The notes under the pieces were generated by a model. The model made no database searches. It was not told the origin of the DNA and saw only the letters and a program-made list of their open reading frames with translations. Position numbers and translations under genes: made by a program. From IMG/VR virus record IMGVR_UViG_3300031949_000090, positions 1-40,908 of that record: a stretch of 40,908 bases of DNA, one strand, 5' to 3'. Origin of the DNA: a virus (taxonomy: Duplodnaviria; Caudoviricetes). Below, one piece after another: positions 35,134 to 40,908 of the stretch (position 1 is the first letter of the stretch; every line of letters begins with the position of its first letter).

Positions 35134-35235
35134 GTGCTGAGGACTGAGTAACGGAATTCCCAACTCAGTCCTCAGTCCTGAACAACTTTCAACTTTTCCC
35201 GCGTCCTCAGTCCTGAACAACTTTTAACTCTGACC
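35119..35235 (+). repeat. GACTGAG/CTCAGTC hairpin element, copy 3
   Basis: Matches copies at 18695 and 34789. Confidence 0.9.
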
Positions 35236-35242
35236 CAACCCC

Positions 35243-37477
35243 ATGGCTTTCCAGACCGGCTCCATCACGACCACCGTTACAGCGGACCTCAAGCCGCTGC
35301 GGGAGGAGCTGGCGCGCGGAGCGGCGGATGCCAAGAACTACTCCATCGTCGTCGATAAGTCGCTGGCGTCGATCGAGCCGGCCGCGATCGCCGTGGGCAA
35401 ACAGATCCCCCAGTCCATCTCCGCGGGGATGGCCCAGGCGGCGGCGGCGACCGATAAACTCTCCGCCGACATCCGCTCCGAGATGGCCTCTGTCCAACCG
35501 GCCGTTCAATCCGTAGCCGATGCCATCCAGACGCAAATGGGCGCGGGCCTCGCCGAGGCGGGCCAGCAGGCGGCGGCGATGGCCCAGGGGATCAAGGCGG
35601 AGCTGTACGACATCGAACCGGCCGTTCAAGCGGTCGGGGCGACGATCCCCACCTGGGCGGTGGGACTGGGCGATGCCCGGCGGGAGATGACCGGCCTGGC
35701 CTCGGCCACCAACATGGCCGCCCAGGCGAGCGCCAAGGCCGGCCAGAGTTCGCGCGGGTTCATCCAGGACATGAAGGCGGAGTTCGGCCGGGGCAGCGAC
35801 CTTGGGCAGACGATCCGCATGCTCCAGGGGTTTGGGCCGGTCGCGGGATTCAGTTTGATCAGCATGGGCCTGGCCAACGCCGCCGGCGAGGCGCGGAAGC
35901 TGGCCGATGCGATGCGCGACACCGACATGTCGGCCGGTCAAATGACCGAGGAGTTGATCGGAATGGTTCCGATTCTCGGCGGGATCTGGAAGGCCGGCCG
36001 GGACATCCGGGAGATCATCACCGGCGAGCAGGCGGCCATCCGCGCCATGAACGTGGAGGCGGAGCGGACGAGCCTGGTGATGAAGCTGCGGCTGGAGATC
36101 CAGGAGCGGAACATCGCCGCCACCAGGCGGGATGCCGAGGCGATGGCCGACTTGAATTTCCAGATCGCCAAGCTGGCCGCCGCCAAGGCCGGCAAGCCGA
36201 CCGAGGGCATGGACCTGGCTAAGTCAGCTGCCGATCGGGAGAAGCAAATCCGCGACGAGGCGGATGCGGAGATCCGGGCCGGTCGGGAGGCGAACGAAAA
36301 GCTCGCTCCCCTCTATGCGGAGCGAGAGCGACTAGCGAAGGCCAGGGATGATGCGCAAGCAAAGCGAGAACGATTTGAATCGTCCCCAGCGCGGCGAGAG
36401 GGGTTGATTGCGGAGGAACAGAGGGCGCTGGCGGAGTGGAAGGCGTTGGACAATCAGATCCGCGGCCTTCAGAACGCGGCCCGGCCCGTTTCAGTTATTG
36501 AATCCACCCGCGATGAGAGGCTTGGTCTGGTCGGGCAACTGGCCGCCGATGAGGCCGCAGACCTGGCCCGCCGCAGCGGTGAGGAATTCGTTCGCGAGCT
36601 CGAGCAGCAGAAGGCCCGGACGATCGAGATCGAGCGGTCCGCCGCCGTGGAGCGAATGCGGATCCAACAGGGCGATCACGCCGCGGCGCTGCTGGAGCTC
36701 AAGCACGCTCACGATGAGCAGCTCGCCGAGATCGGCCGGTGGAGGATCGAGCAGACCAAGAAAGCCACCGCCAGCCTGCCCACCGGCATCCCGCTGGCCG
36801 GGCCGATGATCTCCGGCGCCCTCACCGCACCGATCTCCGCCGTCGCCAGCGCTCGCGAGGCGGCCGCCGGCGAGCAGCACGCAGCGGCGATCGCCGCCGC
36901 CAATGCGCGCAATGCCCAGGCGGCCATCGATGCCAATGAGCGGGTGAAGTCGTCGATCGCGGACATGCGGGCCGAGTTGGCCGGTTTCACCCTCAGCGAT
37001 GTGGAGCGTGAGGTATCCGCCTGGCAGCGCCAGAACAAGGACGCCACACAGGCCCAGATCGACCAGGTCCGCCGGCTCAAGACCGAACTCGCCGCGGCCT
37101 CCGATGCCAGGACGATGACGCAGGAGATCGACCGCTGGCGCGACAGCCTCAAAGGACCGGCCGAAAAATACGATGAGATCCTCGCCAAGCTCCGCACCTG
37201 GCGGGATGAGCAGAAAATCACCGGCGATGAGTTCGCGGCCGGCGTGGAGCAGGCCCAGGACCAATTGCGCTCGGCCCAGCAGAAACCCGAGCCGCAACAG
37301 AGCCGCATGGCGCAGTTCATCAAGGCCGGCAGCGCTGAGGCGGCGCGGTTCACCTTCCAGGCCGGCCGGCAGAAGGATGACGTGCAGAAGGATCAGCTCA
37401 ATGTGGCCAAGCGACAGGAGACTCTCCAGAAGGAGATCCGCGATCGCCTGGCGTTCCAGGTTGTTGACATTGGATAG
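35243..37477 (+). CDS. Tape measure protein
   Basis: 744 aa, Ala/Gln-rich helical; GSI...VTAD N-terminus; follows the chaperones. Confidence 0.85.
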   Translation: MAFQTGSITTTVTADLKPLREELARGAADAKNYSIVVDKSLASIEPAAIAVGKQIPQSISAGMAQAAAATDKLSADIRSEMASVQPAVQSVADAIQTQMGAGLAEAGQQAAAMAQGIKAELYDIEPAVQAVGATIPTWAVGLGDARREMTGLASATNMAAQASAKAGQSSRGFIQDMKAEFGRGSDLGQTIRMLQGFGPVAGFSLISMGLANAAGEARKLADAMRDTDMSAGQMTEELIGMVPILGGIWKAGRDIREIITGEQAAIRAMNVEAERTSLVMKLRLEIQERNIAATRRDAEAMADLNFQIAKLAAAKAGKPTEGMDLAKSAADREKQIRDEADAEIRAGREANEKLAPLYAERERLAKARDDAQAKRERFESSPARREGLIAEEQRALAEWKALDNQIRGLQNAARPVSVIESTRDERLGLVGQLAADEAADLARRSGEEFVRELEQQKARTIEIERSAAVERMRIQQGDHAAALLELKHAHDEQLAEIGRWRIEQTKKATASLPTGIPLAGPMISGALTAPISAVASAREAAAGEQHAAAIAAANARNAQAAIDANERVKSSIADMRAELAGFTLSDVEREVSAWQRQNKDATQAQIDQVRRLKTELAAASDARTMTQEIDRWRDSLKGPAEKYDEILAKLRTWRDEQKITGDEFAAGVEQAQDQLRSAQQKPEPQQSRMAQFIKAGSAEAARFTFQAGRQKDDVQKDQLNVAKRQETLQKEIRDRLAFQVVDIG

Positions 37478-37488
37478 GGACACGAAAC

Positions 37489-38382
37489 ATGAGTTACTAC
37501 ACCACAGCACAGGCGGCGGCGATCAATCGGGCCAACCGGCCCATGGAATCGGCCGGCATCCCCATGAGCGATGAGCTCGAGGACATCCGCGATCTGATCG
37601 ATGATGGCTCGATCGCCATTACGGCTGAGGCGGATGACATCGACTCGCTGGCCAAAGGCGGCGGCCACTTCACGCAGGATGCGGACCTCACGACGGGGCT
37701 CACCTTCGCCTATGACGCCGGCCGGTTCCACAACGGCCTGGCGATCGTCAGCGTCGCCGCCGACACGATCCTCCTGACGGCCAGCCAGACCAACTACGTG
37801 GAGGTCGATCGAGCGGGGACGGTCAGCGCCAACACATCCGGCTTCACCTCCGGCCGGTTGCCGCTGTACACGGTTGTGTGCGATGCCGGGGCGATCACGA
37901 CGGTCACCAGCTCCAAGCCGCTGATGACGCTAATCGGACTGGCCGGGACGGTGGGGAGCATGCTCTCCACGGCCGCGGCGACCAAGGAGACGACGATCCA
38001 GCTCGGCACGATCAGCGCCACGACGACGATCCGGGCCATCTGCCCGGCCGTGGCCGGCGTGCTGACTAAGGCGTCGATCGCGGTGGGCACAACCATCGCC
38101 GCTGATGACACCGACTACTGGACGATCGGCATCGTCAACAAAGGACCGGCCGGCAGCGGCACAACCGCGATGGCCGACGCCGCCGACGATGCCAATAGCA
38201 CCAAGGCCACGGGCGGCAGCGGCATCACCGGCAACGTCAAGCGCAACCTTACGCTCCACGGCACGCCGGCCAACCTGGTCACCGCCGCCGAGGACGTGCT
38301 GGAGATCACGTTGACCAAGGCCGGCAGCGCCGCCGACCTGGTCGGGGCGACGCTGCGGCTGGACTTTACATTCACGGCATAA
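37489..38382 (+). CDS. Tail-associated structural protein
   Basis: Thr/Ala-rich beta protein; TTGLTFAYDAG...LTASQTNYVEV. Confidence 0.7.
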   Translation: MSYYTTAQAAAINRANRPMESAGIPMSDELEDIRDLIDDGSIAITAEADDIDSLAKGGGHFTQDADLTTGLTFAYDAGRFHNGLAIVSVAADTILLTASQTNYVEVDRAGTVSANTSGFTSGRLPLYTVVCDAGAITTVTSSKPLMTLIGLAGTVGSMLSTAAATKETTIQLGTISATTTIRAICPAVAGVLTKASIAVGTTIAADDTDYWTIGIVNKGPAGSGTTAMADAADDANSTKATGGSGITGNVKRNLTLHGTPANLVTAAEDVLEITLTKAGSAADLVGATLRLDFTFTA

Positions 38383-38385
38383 CCG

Positions 38386-39228
38386 ATGACGACTTGGCTT
38401 AAAGTCCGGATGGTCAGTGAGACGTTCAAGGACGCCGGCAGAACGGCATCGGCGACGCGCGTCTTCGAGTGCGTGGCCCAGGGCTTCGCACCGGCCGATG
38501 AGGCCCTGAGCGCCTCGGCCGGCGGCGTGGAGGTCCCCGGCGACGACGACAGCTTCAGTGCCACGCGGGTGAACTGCCGGGTCACCGACCGCAATGTCGA
38601 GCGCAAGACGCCCAGTCACTTCACCGTCACCATCGAGTATTCCGACCCCACCAGCGGCAAGACCGAGAAGATGCTGATCGGAGCCGACGCGGGGATTGAT
38701 GAGTCGAAGGAGGTTATGTGGGTGGAATACGCGATGGACGAATCGGACCCGCCCAAGCCGGTGCGAACGGCAGCCGGCGAGCCGTTCGAGCAGGGCCCGC
38801 AGAGGCCCGTGAGCATCAAGGTGTTTAACTACACCAAATACGTCAACGCCGCCACGAAGGCGAACCTTGAGGCGGCGGACGACACGGTGAATGCCGGCTC
38901 GATCAGCATCAAGGGCAAGACCCGCCTGCCTGACACGTGCTGGCTGGACGTGAGCGGCTTCGAGCAGGTGGGGGCCAACACGCACAAGGCCACGTACCAG
39001 ATTAAATACAATCGCCGCGGCTGGATCGACCGCCCGCTGCATATCGGGCACTACGAGTTGATCGACGGCAAGCCTCAGCCCATCCCCGATGCGCTCGGGG
39101 GGACCATTGGTAAGGGCTGGCCGCTTAACGAGAACGGCACGCGCAAAACGAACATCACCGACACGCCCGAGACCCTCTTGTTCCGGCCGTTCGCCGCCAA
39201 CGCCTGGTCGGGGGTGCCCCTGTCATGA
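38386..39228 (+). CDS. Tail tip / distal tail protein (putative)
   Basis: Position after the tape measure; VTIEYS, N.AGEPF-like motif. Confidence 0.6.
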   Translation: MTTWLKVRMVSETFKDAGRTASATRVFECVAQGFAPADEALSASAGGVEVPGDDDSFSATRVNCRVTDRNVERKTPSHFTVTIEYSDPTSGKTEKMLIGADAGIDESKEVMWVEYAMDESDPPKPVRTAAGEPFEQGPQRPVSIKVFNYTKYVNAATKANLEAADDTVNAGSISIKGKTRLPDTCWLDVSGFEQVGANTHKATYQIKYNRRGWIDRPLHIGHYELIDGKPQPIPDALGGTIGKGWPLNENGTRKTNITDTPETLLFRPFAANAWSGVPLS

Positions 39229-39755
39229 GCGAGAGCGCACCAGCCATGTTCAGCCTCAGATCCGCCAAGCGGATCGCCGCCGCCGTGCGCGACTGGGAAG
39301 GCGACATTCGTCGCCGATCCGGCGCCGGCCTGGGCGAGTTGAAGTTGCGGCCGGGCCTGCCCATGCACGTCCGCGTCACGGGCGTCGAGAACGATTACCT
39401 CACCGTGAAGCGCGTGCATCCTGAGACCAACGCGATGGTGGGCGATGCGTTTAAGGCCGCCAAGCCGCGTGAGCTTCGGCATGATAAGAAGCATTACGAT
39501 GGCATCACCACGCTGACTACGACGGACGCCCAGACCGTGGAGGTGGGCGATGGCACCGACACCGAGACGTGGATCGTCAAGCCTCCCTACATCCCCGACC
39601 CGGCCGATGAGGGCTACGAAGCCACAGAGCTGCTGGTGCTGATCGTCGCCGCCGGCATGGGGGCAACATTCGAGGACGGCGATCCCGCCGAGGACGTGCC
39701 CATCCACGCCGTAGACCTGAACATCGCCGGGCGAGTCTGGGGGCTGAGCACATGA
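39225..39755 (+). CDS. Hypothetical tail protein
   Basis: ATGA-coupled on both sides. Confidence 0.65.
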   Translation: MSESAPAMFSLRSAKRIAAAVRDWEGDIRRRSGAGLGELKLRPGLPMHVRVTGVENDYLTVKRVHPETNAMVGDAFKAAKPRELRHDKKHYDGITTLTTTDAQTVEVGDGTDTETWIVKPPYIPDPADEGYEATELLVLIVAAGMGATFEDGDPAEDVPIHAVDLNIAGRVWGLST

Positions 39756-40723
39756 GCTTGAGCGATTACAGATTCCACGTGTCGCCGCTGGGTTCATTCC
39801 TCATCTCACCATTGGGAGCCCGAGGGATTCCCGGCGGCGACCTGTATGTCGCGGGTTCATTCCAGCGGTGGAACGGTGCAGGATGGGATACGGTGGGGGG
39901 AGGGGCCGCTTGCCGACGCCTGATCAACTATCAGGGCGACCTGGTGGTCGGTGGAGATTTCAGCACGGTCAACGGCGGCACAGTGAGCGCCCGGCGCGTG
40001 GCCGCATGGGACGGCGCATCGTGGAGCACGTTCGGCAGCGAATGGCAGGGCAACGGTGTATGGGCCATGACCGTGTGGGATGGCAAATTGGTTGTGGGGG
40101 GTTCTTTCGGCACGCACACCGCCTATTGGGATGGCTCCAGTTGGACGGTGATAAACACCGGCCTATCGACAAACACCTGCGTCAACCTTTGCGTGCATGG
40201 CACCGATCTTTACGGCACTTTCCAGAACGACCGTATCAGGAGATGGACAGGCACCACGTGGCAGGCACTTGGCACCATCCAGCCCGACACTGCCAGCCAC
40301 GGTTTAGTCAGCCATGCGGGAACCCTGTACGCCAGTGTCGCCGCAGGCACGGGCGACTACCGCGTTTATAGTTGGGACGGCTCATCATGGACCCAAGTCG
40401 GCAGCAGCTTCGCCGGCTATGTTCCGCACCTGGCGAGCATCGACGGCACGCTCTACATGGCTGGATTTTCCCAGAACACGCCAACGCAGATTGCCATCGT
40501 CGCGTACTGGTCAGGCTCATCATGGGTCACATTGGGGACGATCTCCGGCGCGTGGGCTAACCAGAGGCTCGGCATCTACAAAGGCAAGCTGATACTGGTC
40601 GGAGGCCAGGGCGGCAACAGAATTTTAGAATGGGATGGGTCAGCGTGGGGATGGCCAGTCCCACCCGGCGGCGGCGGCGGATACCAACCAACATCGGCCG
40701 CCGACATGATCGTCTGGCCATGA
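39752..40723 (+). CDS. Beta-propeller protein, putative receptor-binding protein
   Basis: Seven W(D)G.sW repeats with G.LY/LVVGG blades; lower GC; last gene. Confidence 0.75.
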   Translation: MSLSDYRFHVSPLGSFLISPLGARGIPGGDLYVAGSFQRWNGAGWDTVGGGAACRRLINYQGDLVVGGDFSTVNGGTVSARRVAAWDGASWSTFGSEWQGNGVWAMTVWDGKLVVGGSFGTHTAYWDGSSWTVINTGLSTNTCVNLCVHGTDLYGTFQNDRIRRWTGTTWQALGTIQPDTASHGLVSHAGTLYASVAAGTGDYRVYSWDGSSWTQVGSSFAGYVPHLASIDGTLYMAGFSQNTPTQIAIVAYWSGSSWVTLGTISGAWANQRLGIYKGKLILVGGQGGNRILEWDGSAWGWPVPPGGGGGYQPTSAADMIVWP

Positions 40724-40832
40724 CGCACGGAATTTCAGGGGCGGTTCGAGGGCCGATCGACGGCCCGTCGAACTGACAAAATGGCAGGAAAAAGCCGGGC
40801 AGCGGCCTCCCGGCTTCCGGTATGCGCCGTAG

Positions 40833-40882
40833 GCCCGTGCCAACTACGTGGCCCGAAATGCCAACTACCGTGGCCCGCTACA
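40833..40882 (-). repeat. Right end (attR-like) with tandem transposase-binding sites
   Basis: Two TGCCAACTAC(C)GTGGCCCG units (from 40838 and 40859), then terminal CA; GCCCGTGCCAACTAC is the exact inverse of 115-129. Confidence 0.85.
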
Positions 40883-40908
40883 ACCGTGCTCCCCGGATTT
40901 CCGGGCAC

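Larger units (their letters stand above)
24..40882. mobile_element. Complete transposable (Mu-like) prophage/phage genome, siphovirus-type tail
   Basis: Starts TGTA at 24 and ends TACA at 40882 with an imperfect terminal inverted repeat; MuA/MuB, GemA, DUF3486 and terminase present; complete head and tail modules; no tail sheath or integrase seen. Confidence 0.93.

Noticed and set aside
1345-35235. Repeat arrays as CRISPR arrays
   Set aside because: Units are 7-9 bp and contiguous, with no unique spacers and no cas genes
37774-37783. CTGACGGCCA match to the sRNA loop in a tail gene
   Set aside because: Only 10 nt, mid-CDS, no second site; likely chance
20006-39797. Long minus-strand ORFs over the late arm
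   Set aside because: Antisense shadows of terminase, portal, capsid and tape measure genes; no RBS or motifs
37489-40882. Mu G-segment / Gin invertase and mom
   Set aside because: No serine recombinase motif, no inverted fibre genes and no mom-like ORF
19-40887. 5-bp target-site duplication
   Set aside because: GCGAA on the left vs ACCGT on the right do not match
1-40908. tRNA/rRNA genes, integrase, Gam
   Set aside because: No cloverleaf/T-loop signature or matching protein motifs recognised by eye

Overview
The window is an apparently complete, high-GC transposable (Mu-like) temperate phage genome running from TG at 24 to CA at 40882, with about 25 bp of unmatched flank at each side. The layout is B3/BcepMu-like. 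A central immunity region (Cro-like 14325-14627 on minus; CI/S24 repressor 14734-15498 on plus) drives a leftward early arm with a ParB-methyltransferase fusion, MuA, MuB, DUF5131 and GemA. That arm unusually ends in two virion genes. The rightward late arm carries holin/lipoprotein, DUF3486, terminase, SPP1-like portal, capsid, two beta-helix proteins, a sulfotransferase, the neck, a duplicated tail tube, a frameshifted chaperone, tape measure and tail tip of a siphovirus. The host is tentatively Planctomycetota/Phycisphaerae. Three features stand out. (1) About 40 short 7-9 bp-unit repeat arrays from about 10 families sit at gene junctions; they donate stop codons and RBSs, bracket small genes as inverted or direct pairs, and are inserted in frame in proteins. 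(2) A candidate sRNA (~16403-16525) has a loop complementary to a terminator-like hairpin at the start of the early transcript. (3) Three counter-oriented genes each have an antisense strand that stays open in the same relative frame, and on the late side these frames form a translationally coupled chain. All product calls come from motif recognition and synteny by eye; no database searches were run.
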